Shown piece after piece: positions 49,276-58,887 of a stretch of DNA of 64,000 nt. The translations under genes were made by a program, and so were the position numbers. The notes beneath the pieces were generated by a model. The model was not told the origin of the DNA and did no database searches. It saw only the letters and a program-made list of their open reading frames with translations. Origin of the DNA: Candidatus Bathyarchaeota archaeon (GTDB lineage Archaea > Thermoproteota > Bathyarchaeia > Bathyarchaeales > Bathycorpusculaceae); the NCBI GenBank assembly GCA_963702095.1, contig OY969706.1, positions 352,001 through 416,000 on the forward strand, written 5' to 3'. Positions within the stretch are counted from its first letter, which is position 1; every line of letters begins with the position of its first letter.

Positions 49276-49497
49276 TTAATGCATTATTTGTTGTTCCTCT
49301 TCGAGGAATGCTGGGATAAAGGTGACGCCGTCATCTTTCTGCTGTGCATTGGGCTTGTATCGCTGGGGTTTTTGGGGTTTGCGTTTGGAATCAAAAGCAT
49401 AAATTAACCAACCTATGAAACCGATGAAAACGAGTGCTGGAAGCATAAGCAACACTAAGCCTTTGCTGCGTCTAATTTTTTTTCCGCCGGTCACCAA
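49276..49497 (-). CDS. Small single-TM protein
   Basis: Basic N-terminus, one TM helix, polar tail. Confidence 0.55.
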   Translation of the reverse strand: MVTGGKKIRRSKGLVLLMLPALVFIGFIGWLIYAFDSKRKPQKPQRYKPNAQQKDDGVTFIPAFLEEEQQIMH

Positions 49498-49560
49498 TTT
49501 GCACCTTAACGTATTGTTGATTCGTTTAGAAGATAAGCTTTGATTGTTTAGAATTCATAT

Positions 49561-49901
49561 TCAAAATCTATGTCTGCATGGGGTATGCCATAATTCGGCG
49601 ATGTCTTTCCAAGTCATGTAGTCAGAGCAGCTTGTGTAAGAGGTGACTATGGCAAAGGTGGCGTCGAAGCCAAAGCCTTGCAGTACTGGGAGGGCGTCGA
49701 GTTGGCTTTTCCATCCGTCGTCGAAAACTATGTAAACCACCTTCTCTGGTTGGCTGAAGGCATATTGGGCGAGTAAATTTGGTTGGGTACAGCAGGGGCG
49801 AAAAGCACAGCCATAAACGTGTTATCGTAGTCTACGGCGATAAAACCCCCGACCAGCAGTGTTAATGTTACCGCCAACGCTATTGTTCCTTTGTTCTTCA
49901 G
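49561..49901 (-). pseudogene. Polysaccharide deacetylase (NodB) fragment, frameshifted and truncated
   Basis: Signal-peptide frame (KNKGTIALAVTLTLLVGG), then a shifted frame VVYIVFDDGW..ATF.IV..YMTW..I.EL ending early. Confidence 0.65.
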
Positions 49902-50061
49902 TTTCCCCCTCTCCCTTCATGGAGACAAACGTCAACCCATTACTCAAATTTTCTCTTAAACGATGGGTATATTCGGGTAATCTTTTTTTGCAAGAGAGGT
50001 TTGAAGTTTGGAGTTGACAAGGTTTTTATGGATGCAGAGGAAATTAGTGTTGCACCAGCGT

Positions 50062-50139
50062 GGGGCCTTCGGCTAGCTTGGTCTAGGCTTGTAGACTTGG
50101 GCTCTATAGACTCCGGTTCAAATCCGGGAGGCCCCACCA
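50062..50139 (+). tRNA. tRNA-Pro(TGG), CCA encoded
   Basis: GGGGCCT/AGGCCCC acceptor, GTAGA-CTTGGGC-TCTAT anticodon arm, TCCGG-TTCAAAT-CCGGG. Confidence 0.93.
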
Positions 50140-50377
50140 TCAATTCCTTAAAAGAAGCATTTCCTGAGCTTTTCTTGATTAATACATCCTTATCGAAATC
50201 CCTAAGACCCTTAGAACTATCCCTAAGATTGCCCAAGAAACCAGCATTCTGCAATAATGTGAACTCTTCATTTAACGCTTGTACTTTATTTTTAATCTGA
50301 TGTTTTAGATAATAACGATAATTGGCGTTGAATCCATCTGGATTGCGCAAGAATTCAATCTCTTTTTGGCTAAGCAT
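50140..50377 (-). pseudogene. Probable int(N) fragment reading into the tRNA att site
   Basis: ORF MLSQKEIEFL... continues antisense through the tRNA 3' end (VGPPGFEP), as expected for a partitioned integrase. Confidence 0.5.
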
Positions 50378-50435
50378 GATGTTTTGGGCTCCGTTGGTAG
50401 ATACAAGCGCATTTTGGGCTTAAAAAGGCTTGCAT

Positions 50436-51203
50436 CTACCGAATTATAGCAGCCTTTCGATGCCTAACTGTGGTAGCAACAGCCAACAAACAAATAAGCA
50501 GAGGCACAATTGCTAACGCTGGAAACTCTGGAACAGTAGGTGTAGGAGAAGGCTGTGTAGATGTTTCACCCAAGGTTATTGTTTGGGTGTTGCTCCAACC
50601 GCTATCTGCGTAGGAGACAAAATCCGTTCCTGTTGGATAAAGAAAATCGTAGATAGTATATTGATAGCCATAACTTGCTTCAACTTGAAAGTCTTCTTGA
50701 CCGCCTGCTTGAATGTAAACGTCAGCATACCCCATAATGATGTCGTTTGGGGAGCCTATAACCAAAGTCACAACTGTGTAATCGGAAGTTGATGCAAAAA
50801 CTCGTGTGAAAGAATCACCATTTTCTGTAAGAGATGTCCAAGGATCTACTAGATATGTTGGCCAATAATCAGAAAAATGCCCCTTAGTTCTGACAGTATA
50901 GTATAGATTCGCCACAGTACCGTTTGGCAAAGTAGCAGATGTCAATGCGGGATTTCTTATCTTTATGTCCAATGTTTGATTTTTCACATACTGACCGCCA
51001 CTTGTTTGGGTTACTTGTTGTCCCGTGAAAGGGTCGGTTGTTTGTGTTGCAGTAATGGGAACAGTGTAGGAACGGTCAACAAATGAAACCGTAAACTCAG
51101 GAGCAGATGGTTTGGGTATTGATTGAGCACAGGTATTTCCTACCATAATCATGATTGATGTTACCAGAGCCATTATGAGCACTGAGGTTATGGTTTTATT
51201 CAT
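50436..51203 (-). CDS. Secreted protein with PEF-type C-terminal sorting motif
   Basis: Signal peptide; C-terminal 'VPEFP' + TM + basic residues. Confidence 0.75.
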   Translation of the reverse strand: MNKTITSVLIMALVTSIMIMVGNTCAQSIPKPSAPEFTVSFVDRSYTVPITATQTTDPFTGQQVTQTSGGQYVKNQTLDIKIRNPALTSATLPNGTVANLYYTVRTKGHFSDYWPTYLVDPWTSLTENGDSFTRVFASTSDYTVVTLVIGSPNDIIMGYADVYIQAGGQEDFQVEASYGYQYTIYDFLYPTGTDFVSYADSGWSNTQTITLGETSTQPSPTPTVPEFPALAIVPLLICLLAVATTVRHRKAAIIR

Positions 51204-51539
51204 GTTGCGCCAGCCACAATAGAGCCTTGGCGTGGACTCTAAATTAAAGGGTTTTTGTCCAGAATACTTGACTAACTTCTTGTCAACGTTTCTCGACTAA
51301 AACGGCGAGAGCTCTAAAGAAACCACGGGAGCAATGAACTAAAGCATGAAAGTACAGCGGTTGGGACATAGACATCTTAGCGGTTGATTTAACTTAAGAA
51401 TTTTATGGCATAAGCAATCCTAGCGCAACAAAAGTTCTCTCTAAGCGTTATTTGTTAAATTAGGTCATACGTCTCAATACCTGTTTATGGTACTTTTTCG
51501 TCTTAGACCTTGCCAGCTCTGGGTACCCTAAGTTGTATT

Positions 51540-51844
51540 TAAGATTCAAGAAGCTGAGAGGTTGGAGTAATATTACCTTCGAGTTTGGGGAGGTTTTCTA
51601 AGATTTAATCGCTTAGTGCTTTGGGGTTCTCTTTAAAGTAATGCATTAAGAAAATAGTCTTGCCTATTCTGCCTTCAATAAGGTCAATCTGTTCTGATAA
51701 TAGCCCAAGTTTTCTCATCTCAGTAGCATAGTATGACCTTAGCGGTTTAACTCTCATTGGCAGGTTGGCTTTGTTTAGCTTCTTATCTATTGCATTGTAG
51801 GAAACTTTGCTAGATTTCGCTATTTCATCAAGCAGGCATTTTGG
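51540..51844 (-). pseudogene. Tyrosine recombinase C-terminal catalytic fragment, int(C)
   Basis: Manual translation ...MRVKPLRSYYATEMRKLGLLSEQIDLIEGRIGKTIFLMHYF... (K-x-x-R, R, Y); no start codon, stop at 51605-51607. Confidence 0.75.
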
Positions 51845-51968
51845 TTATTCAAGAGATTAGCAGCTCTTACTATTATGCAAGAAGGGACTTTGACGAATCT
51901 ATAGGTTTAGCTTTATGCTCCGGTTCAAATCCGAAAGGCCGCAATCATCAGTCTATTGTTTTGTAGCT

Positions 51969-52475
51969 TCAATCAGAGCGACACAATAGTTTTCTTGTTA
52001 GTGAAGCAACTCTCTTATCGGTAACCGAGAGCCCTATTTTAGCTGCGACGATGTCTAAACAGTCTTTGACGATGGTTTGGGCAGCTTTTCCAATCTCTGG
52101 GGTAGCACTCATTTCGCCGGTGCAAATGCCTTTGCAGTTTTTAACTGCAAGCGGATTTAACCCCACAAAAATCTTTCCTGTTTTAGGATCATAATCCTTT
52201 ATGATGAATGGTTCCAAAATGCATATGGACGGTTTGACATCGTGAATTTTGCAGGTGTTTTCTTCACTAAAGAAAAAACAGCCGCCGCCATCTTTTCTGC
52301 GAATATTCCTGTTTCTAGGATTAGAGGGCTCTTCTAAAAAATCCACAAATCCCTTGGCTTCTATCTGTTGTTGTTCTCTCAAATTAATATCCGGTGGCTG
52401 GGTTTTACAGCAAACCCCACAACCCTTACAGCGAAAGCCCACAGACTCTAGAAATATGACGTTTTCAAAACGCAT
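51969..52475 (-). CDS. YkgJ-family Cys-cluster protein
   Basis: FRC..CG.CC, C.F, C.IH..KP.IC..PF. Confidence 0.85.
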   Translation of the reverse strand: MRFENVIFLESVGFRCKGCGVCCKTQPPDINLREQQQIEAKGFVDFLEEPSNPRNRNIRRKDGGGCFFFSEENTCKIHDVKPSICILEPFIIKDYDPKTGKIFVGLNPLAVKNCKGICTGEMSATPEIGKAAQTIVKDCLDIVAAKIGLSVTDKRVASLTRKLLCRSD

Positions 52476-52488
52476 GGTAACCCTCCCA

Positions 52489-52686
52489 TTATGTTATTAT
52501 TGATTGTACTCTGCCGACTTTGCCGTCTGTTAGGCGCACTTTGATCCCATGAGGATGCACTGCGCTGTTAGTTAAAATGCTTTTAACGATGCCTTCGGTT
52601 AATTTACCGCTCTGCTGATCCTGCTTCAAAACGATTCTTACGTGGATGCCTGCTTTGATATTGCTTCTTTGCTGATTCGGCTGCAA
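52489..52686 (-). CDS. YwbE (DUF2196) family protein
   Basis: VLK.DQ.SGKLT.G.V..ILT.S..HPHGIKVRL..G.VGRV. Confidence 0.88.
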   Translation of the reverse strand: MQPNQQRSNIKAGIHVRIVLKQDQQSGKLTEGIVKSILTNSAVHPHGIKVRLTDGKVGRVQSIIT

Positions 52687-53206
52687 TAGTATTACCTGCT
52701 CTTTTAAGAAATTAAAAAATTGTTAGTTGCCAATTCGCCCTTGAAAAGGCTACTTTTCTTTTAGTTTGGGAAGACTCTTAGTTATCCATTCAGTTCTAGA
52801 CGAGTAGATTGCACGCAGTTTAGGTGTAGCAGGCGAATTCACGGTTTTAGGGGTTGCATGCATTTGCCTTTTGGATTTGCTGACTGCACTGTTTGGTTTT
52901 GGCCTCTTTTTTTCTTATAATTTTCTGGGTTCATATTCGATCTCCACTTCAAAGCCACGATGTAGCATATAGGCGTTTGCGTCAATTTTTATTTTTAATC
53001 GATTAAAACAGAAAGAAGTTGTTCCAAAGTTGAATTTGTTTTTAGACGCGGTTCAAACACTGCTGCAGATTGAGAGCAGCCTCAGTTTTTGATGGAAAAA
53101 ATCGGGCATGTTTAACCCTTAAACCCCCTGAGAATCCACTGCACAGTCGCGGCGACCGCAAATCTTAAAACCAAATCAAAACACACAACAAGTGAGGGAG
53201 TTAGGC

Positions 53207-53542
53207 GTGGTTTACTGTACTAGATGTGGCACTCAAAACCCCGATAACGCAAGGAACTGCTCAAACTGTGGAGCACCACTCTACACTTTAGGCGAACAGT
53301 ATCCGGGCAGCGACCGAGAGCACTATAAGCGTATGGAGGGGGAATGCTTCGGCTTACCCAACGGCGGCATGATTGTAGCCATTGTCTTCGGTGCCATAAT
53401 CATTATTGTGGGCTTAGGTTTGTTCTTGGAAGCCAGCGGAATCATCATCAGCTTCTGGGGTGCGCTCTGGCCTATCATAATCATAATCTTTGGAGTCCTA
53501 ATCGTTTTGGGCGCAATCTTTGGGCGACGCAGGCACCGTTAG
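53207..53542 (+). CDS. Zinc-ribbon membrane protein
   Basis: YC..CG.......C..CGA.L plus 2 TM helices. Confidence 0.8.
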   Translation: MVYCTRCGTQNPDNARNCSNCGAPLYTLGEQYPGSDREHYKRMEGECFGLPNGGMIVAIVFGAIIIIVGLGLFLEASGIIISFWGALWPIIIIIFGVLIVLGAIFGRRRHR

Positions 53543-54231
53543 GTAGTGCATAACCTGCACTTCTGGCAAATTCGCTTGTTGTTCCACTCGGACAGCAAAA
53601 TCCTAAACCACAACAGAAAGACAATCAACCCAAGCATATAGGCATCAACCAGAAGACTCTGGGCAATCAAATCCGCTGCAGCCAAACCTAAAAATGAACC
53701 CACAACAAACAGAGCATTCATCGCCGATTTAATGTAGCCGCTCATCTTTATTTGACCCAACCCCACAAGCATCAAAACTTCCCCTGCTATCAGAACCCAG
53801 AGGCTACCAACCGCCAAACCACAATAACCCAAAGAAAACAATGCTGTCCCCGCCAAGGCAACAACTGCCCCAACCAACAAGCCGCTACAGGCAGCGCAAG
53901 AGACTTTGCTCCTGATTGTGATCCGATTCGCTGAGAAGTGTTCACAGTCTGGATGGTGTCCGCTAAACTGCATAGCGGAAGCAGATTTTTCAGTGTTGGG
54001 TGAAGCGTTGGGTTTCTGGAACATCAAACGGCATTTGCCCGGATAAAACACCGCTACTACGCCCAAGACGCAAACCCCACTGTAGACTGCACTTATAACG
54101 GGGCGGCGGAAGGGTGAGGGATCGGCTTGCAGGTTGGGTTGGAGCACAAAAAGCGGGACAAGCGCCAACGCTATCACTGAGACAGCCACAAAAAACAGCA
54201 AGAGAAATTTTGAGGGCATAGTTTTCGGCAA
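53539..54231 (-). CDS. Multi-TM membrane protein with His/Cys motifs
   Basis: GHHPDC, CAAC and C-terminal CxxC. Confidence 0.65.
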   Translation of the reverse strand: MPKTMPSKFLLLFFVAVSVIALALVPLFVLQPNLQADPSPFRRPVISAVYSGVCVLGVVAVFYPGKCRLMFQKPNASPNTEKSASAMQFSGHHPDCEHFSANRITIRSKVSCAACSGLLVGAVVALAGTALFSLGYCGLAVGSLWVLIAGEVLMLVGLGQIKMSGYIKSAMNALFVVGSFLGLAAADLIAQSLLVDAYMLGLIVFLLWFRILLSEWNNKRICQKCRLCTT

Positions 54232-54240
54232 AGCTTTCGC

Positions 54241-55665
54241 CTAGAACATCGATTTCACTTTGCCCAGCACACCCCACGAAACCATGTGCATGAACGTGCG
54301 CCGTTTCATCGCGTTGCTCGAGAATAATCCGCGGAACCGTCTGCTCCAAGACCCATAGAAGCTGCGGTAGCAACCATACAGTTCCTCTTGGACCTGATGG
54401 GTAGACAGTGTTTCGGTTGGCATGATGGCGTGGATCATGTCGTAGTGGCTCCAGTTGCGGTCCTCTATCCAGCCGTTGCGTTCTGCTTCGGCGTAGACTT
54501 CTGTGCCGGGAAAGGGCGTTAGGATGCCGAACATTATGAAGTCTGGGTCTAAGCTGTTGGCGAATTCTCGAAGCTGCAAGATGGATTGGCGGGTTTCTTT
54601 GCGGTTGCCAATGATGACCATGGCGTGGGCAAAGATGCCGTTGTCCTGAAGCAGCCGAACAGCAGTCTTTGCATCGTTAGGTGTTATGCCTTTTTTGAAG
54701 TAATCTAGTGTGGTGGGATTCGAATTCTCCACTCCCAGAAGCACCCAGCTTAACCCCGATTTAGCCAGCCTCGGAAGAATCTCTTTGTTGCGGATGATGT
54801 CGTCGCACCGCGCCTGAACAAACCATGTCGCGTCATCAGGCAACTGTTTAGCGATGATTTCCTCGGCGATTTCTTTGGGGCGTTGTCCAGTGCCAAAGTT
54901 GTCGTCGGTTAACCAAATCATCTCACTGCCGAACTCGCGGCTGCAAAACTCCATTTCGTCTGCGATGCGCTTGGCTGATTTGAGGCGCCAGCAACCTTGC
55001 CAGTGACGCCACTGAGTGCAGAAAGTGCATTGGTGATTGCATCCACGTGCGCCCTCGATAAGCGCATAGGGTGCCCTTTTGCCTGCCATGACTGAGAAGT
55101 GGTATTTTGGCATGTTGTCCTTGACGAGGTGGTAGCCGGGAAACGGCAAATCCTCAAGGTTCGCAATCAACGGTCTTGAAGGGTTATGTATCACCTCGTC
55201 GCCGTTTCTGTAGGAGATGCCCTCAACGTTTTGGAAGCCTCTGCCAAGTTGGCGTGCTCTTACCAGTTCAGTTAAGGTCTGTTCTCCTTCGTTTCGGATT
55301 ATAACGTCGATTTCGGGGTAATGTTGCAGGCTATCTTGGGCTGTTGCGGTGAAGTGCTGTCCCCCTGTAACGGTTAAGGCGCTTGGCGCCATCCGTTTTG
55401 CGGTTTGAAGTGTTTTGGCTACGGCGTAAGTGTTGCAGGTTGACAGTGAAGCGCAGGCTACCACGTCGGGGTTGAAGTTGGCTATGTGTTGTTCCATGGC
55501 TTTCCAATCGACTTTTTCAGCGTTGCAATCAAGCACCTGCAATTGGACGTCGCCCATTTGCTTTTCCAGATAAGCGGCAAGCTGGATGATGCCGTAGGGC
55601 GGCGGCAAGTATTCTCCCATAACAAACCAGACGTCTTTAGGCGGCTCAATGAACAGCACTTTCAT
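54241..55665 (-). CDS. Cobalamin-dependent radical SAM protein
   Basis: N-terminal B12-binding domain (GG.H.T, EGE), RGCNHQCTFC, DDNF, TPFPGT. Confidence 0.9.
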   Translation of the reverse strand: MKVLFIEPPKDVWFVMGEYLPPPYGIIQLAAYLEKQMGDVQLQVLDCNAEKVDWKAMEQHIANFNPDVVACASLSTCNTYAVAKTLQTAKRMAPSALTVTGGQHFTATAQDSLQHYPEIDVIIRNEGEQTLTELVRARQLGRGFQNVEGISYRNGDEVIHNPSRPLIANLEDLPFPGYHLVKDNMPKYHFSVMAGKRAPYALIEGARGCNHQCTFCTQWRHWQGCWRLKSAKRIADEMEFCSREFGSEMIWLTDDNFGTGQRPKEIAEEIIAKQLPDDATWFVQARCDDIIRNKEILPRLAKSGLSWVLLGVENSNPTTLDYFKKGITPNDAKTAVRLLQDNGIFAHAMVIIGNRKETRQSILQLREFANSLDPDFIMFGILTPFPGTEVYAEAERNGWIEDRNWSHYDMIHAIMPTETLSTHQVQEELYGCYRSFYGSWSRRFRGLFSSNAMKRRTFMHMVSWGVLGKVKSMF

Positions 55666-55805
55666 TTTAGTTGTCTCCTAAGCCATGATTGGTTGGCTGT
55701 GCTTATTAGACTGCCGTTGCTATGAAGGCACCTTGAGCTTGTAGGCACAATTTGGAGCCACAAAGGTTTTTTCAACTGTGTCCGTTGCTGGAACAAGGTG
55801 ACTTT

Positions 55806-55967
55806 TTGTCAGAACCTTTTAAGCGTACAAACCGAGCCAATTTGGGGCCGAAAAGAACCGCTGACGGCAAATACCTCTGCTTAGCCGACAACAAAACGTT
55901 TGATTCCATAGCTGAGTGGGATAGGCACTGCTCAACTGCCCATCTGCAAGAGAAGGCATCAAGATAG
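55806..55967 (+). CDS. Small C2H2-like zinc-finger protein
   Basis: AAGGTGA SD before TTG; Y.C..D.K.F.....W..H....H. Confidence 0.5.
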   Translation: MSEPFKRTNRANLGPKRTADGKYLCLADNKTFDSIAEWDRHCSTAHLQEKASR

Positions 55968-55985
55968 ACGGTTACCCTGTTGGCT

Positions 55986-56068
55986 AAAAGAGGTCGAAGT
56001 GGGCTAAGAGTTGGTGGAGATGCAGTTAGGATGGCGAACCATCAATGCATTCCCTCTTAACCCAACCT
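55986..56068 (-). ncRNA. Candidate about 85-nt hairpin ncRNA with UUCG tetraloop
   Basis: GGGUUAAGAG/CUCUUAGCCC, AUGCA/UGCAU, GAUGG-UUCG-CCAUC, 3' U-tract; TTTAATGG about 25 nt upstream. Confidence 0.5.
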
Positions 56069-56181
56069 ATTGTTTGGATAATTATCCATTAAACCTTATG
56101 GTACCTAAATCAATATCCAAAATTCATCTAAAATCAGGGTGGTTTGAGTAAAAATAAAAAGAATAAAAAAAGATCCGAAAG

Positions 56182-56415
56182 CTACTGTACTGCTTCTACA
56201 CTCTGCACTTCGGGTACAGTTGCTTTGAGGTGTGCTTCGATGCCGTTTTTAAGGGTCATCTGCGACATGGGACAGCCGGCACAGTGGCCGACCAAGCGGA
56301 CCTTCACGATGCCGCCTTCCACGGCGACCAATTCTACGTCTCCGCCGTCCATTTGGATTTGTGGTCGGATTTCGTCGAGTGCTGCTTGTACTTTTTTCTG
56401 GATTGAGTCAACCAT
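56182..56415 (-). CDS. NifU C-terminal (Nfu) domain protein
   Basis: IRP....DGGDVELV, G.C.GCPMS..TLK.GIE. Confidence 0.9.
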   Translation of the reverse strand: MVDSIQKKVQAALDEIRPQIQMDGGDVELVAVEGGIVKVRLVGHCAGCPMSQMTLKNGIEAHLKATVPEVQSVEAVQ

Positions 56416-56576
56416 ATAATTTCACACTTTACCCTTGCAAGGGAAAAATTGTACTTTAAAAGGTTCCTGTTCAAAAAAACGTGAATTATGGTCATTTTCA
56501 GGTTGTTTCTCAGCCATTTAGGAGTAAATTGCCAAATTAATTTCATCGCCGTAGACTTTGGTAAACATAGTTTTGG

Positions 56577-58334
56577 ATGGTTAACTATTTAGCATTAAAC
56601 ATCTATTCCTTCCTTCAGTCGGCGGCAAAAGTGAAGACATCTGCTAAAGCCTTAACTTTAATGTTGATTGTAATTGTCAGTCTTCCGCTTGTCTGTTGCC
56701 AAAGCGTTGCCGCGCAGACCTCCCAGCCGACTCTAGCAGAAACCATCCACAACGTGCTCAGCACGGTGCATGATACAAATTCCTCTTGTAACGTCATATA
56801 CGACCAAATCTTCTGCCGCCAAAACACCACCGTCTTCGACAACGCCATCACCCAAGCCCTAAACAGAAGCGACTACAACGAGGTAATCTTTATCGCCCGC
56901 TTAGCCGAACTTAACGGCTACTCCTCACAGACAATCAATTCCTGCCTAAAAACGGCACTGCAAAACATCCCCCTGTGCGGCAGTCTACCCCTCACTTACA
57001 CTGCCACCCAGTACGCGCCAGACAGCTTCATACTCTATGACCGCTATATGATCAACGCATACCGTTATGCACAGGAGCTTAACGTTTCACGATGGAACAT
57101 CAATAGTGCCTATCAAGATTTCGTCAAAGCATATCTTCACCCGAATGGTAGCGGCGAAATGCTTTGGATTAATCCCCAGACTAATTTTGAGAAATCATGG
57201 TCTTCGCGTTACTATGACGAGCACGCCGAAACCTTGGGGATGTTTCTTCTTTTCGCAATGGCAGGTATTAGCGATTCCATGGCGTATGCTGATGACGCTT
57301 GGCTGAACGTTCAGGATCATTGGAACGGCAGCATCTATGGTTACACAAACAAGGATGCCGGCGTCGAATGTGAAGAGGGCAATTTTGCAATAGTTATTAC
57401 TGAGTACCAGAATAATCGTGGTCTATTGCCCTATTATGATCGGGTTATTGTAGATTTAGAAGATAAGCTTCTTACCAACGGATATAATTCTTCAAGTTGG
57501 ATCGGTGATGGCGTAATTAGGCATGCAGATGGAAACAATGAGAATCGACTTTATGAAACCATGGGTAACTTGATGGCGCTTCAAATGCTCTACCCAGACT
57601 TCACTGAGGGCAATCAAACTAACTTCCAAAATATGCTCCTGACTGGCTGGCAGGGTCTAGTAGGCAGCAACTTATTCAGCAACAACCAATTTCGATTCCT
57701 CAACACCACCGACAGCTACAATGGCGATGCCTCTCTGCTGGGCGCTATGACCCTGTTTCTCTACGGAATAATCCCGGGCACAGGTAGTTTAGCCATAACC
57801 GCCAGCAACGAACGCTATCAAGACTACCGCACCTGCTTCCAAACCTCTCAGTGGCAATTCAACTACACAGACCAATCAATCCGCCTGCCCATCAACAAGG
57901 GCAACCTCACATTTATTTTCGGTTCCCAAAACGTAACCGCCGATTTCCCCCAAGACGGCGTCTACGACATCCAATTCAGCAGTGACTGGAACAACATAAC
58001 CCAAACCACCAAAATAGAGGACATAACCCGCCCCAACTTGCAACCGGTAACATTGCAACCCATAACTAAGCCCACGCCGACTCCCGTTGTATCGCCGACG
58101 GTTACGCCCTCACCATCCCCCTCGACGACAACTACTCCTAGCCCTACTCCATCTCCCACACCTACCCAGCAGCCACCGACAAACCCGCCCACAACTAAGC
58201 CTACAGATGACAGCAATTCACCGCCCAATACCCCCCCGGTCCTCCTCTGCATAGTTATCGTGTTGGTGGCGTCTTCGGCTGTGATTCTCGCTTTTGGTAT
58301 CAGTCGCTTTGTCAAAGATAAATCAAAAGTTTAG
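56577..58334 (+). CDS. Secreted protein, possible (alpha/alpha) toroid glycosidase-like, with PT linker and TM anchor
   Basis: Signal peptide, 'RYYDE' and aromatic-rich core, Pro/Thr repeats, C-terminal TM. Confidence 0.65.
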   Translation: MVNYLALNIYSFLQSAAKVKTSAKALTLMLIVIVSLPLVCCQSVAAQTSQPTLAETIHNVLSTVHDTNSSCNVIYDQIFCRQNTTVFDNAITQALNRSDYNEVIFIARLAELNGYSSQTINSCLKTALQNIPLCGSLPLTYTATQYAPDSFILYDRYMINAYRYAQELNVSRWNINSAYQDFVKAYLHPNGSGEMLWINPQTNFEKSWSSRYYDEHAETLGMFLLFAMAGISDSMAYADDAWLNVQDHWNGSIYGYTNKDAGVECEEGNFAIVITEYQNNRGLLPYYDRVIVDLEDKLLTNGYNSSSWIGDGVIRHADGNNENRLYETMGNLMALQMLYPDFTEGNQTNFQNMLLTGWQGLVGSNLFSNNQFRFLNTTDSYNGDASLLGAMTLFLYGIIPGTGSLAITASNERYQDYRTCFQTSQWQFNYTDQSIRLPINKGNLTFIFGSQNVTADFPQDGVYDIQFSSDWNNITQTTKIEDITRPNLQPVTLQPITKPTPTPVVSPTVTPSPSPSTTTTPSPTPSPTPTQQPPTNPPTTKPTDDSNSPPNTPPVLLCIVIVLVASSAVILAFGISRFVKDKSKV

Positions 58335-58335
58335 T

Positions 58336-58731
58336 TTAGGTTTCGATGTTGTGGTCCTTTAACTTGCTATCTATTATGCTAAGCAGGCACTCTGGGTTGA
58401 CGGGTTTGCTCACCAATGCGTCTGCGCCTTCGGCGAGTTCTTTTTTGAGGGTCTTTCCGGTTAACATGATTTTGATTGTACTCGGCGACGTTTTCTGTAT
58501 GAGGGGGAAAAGTTGGGTTCCCTCCATATCGGGGAGGCAGAAATCTATGAGTGCCACGTCAAAGTGGCTGCGGCTTAATTGTTCTATGGCTTCTGCGCCT
58601 CTTGCTGCCACGGTGACTTGGTAGCCCCTTCGCTGGAAAATCCTTTGGAATGCATGAAGAATACTTGTGTCGTCGTCTATGATTAGAATGGACGGCTTGT
58701 TTGGTACAAGCAACGGCTTAAAAGTCTCCAC
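58336..58731 (-). CDS. Stand-alone response-regulator receiver protein
   Basis: ILIIDDD, D..LPDM.G, LTG, KP. Confidence 0.88.
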   Translation of the reverse strand: METFKPLLVPNKPSILIIDDDTSILHAFQRIFQRRGYQVTVAARGAEAIEQLSRSHFDVALIDFCLPDMEGTQLFPLIQKTSPSTIKIMLTGKTLKKELAEGADALVSKPVNPECLLSIIDSKLKDHNIET

Positions 58732-58887
58732 TATACCTAAAGTAGCGGTAAGTTATAAAAATTGTGCAACTGCTTATTTTTCTTTGTGGCTTCGCCGATA
58801 TCCATCTCCGGCATATATATGCAAATCGATTTACTTTGGAATAATTTAAATGGACTAAGGTCATTTCAATACTGAAGGCTTACCCTA

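Larger units (their letters stand above)
50111..51950. mobile_element. Decayed tRNA-Pro-integrated element (about 1.8 kb) with split SSV1-type integrase
   Basis: CTCCGGTTCAAATCCGggAGGCC at 50111 repeated as CTCCGGTTCAAATCCGaaAGGCC at 51918; AT-rich interior; integrase remnant. Confidence 0.75.
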
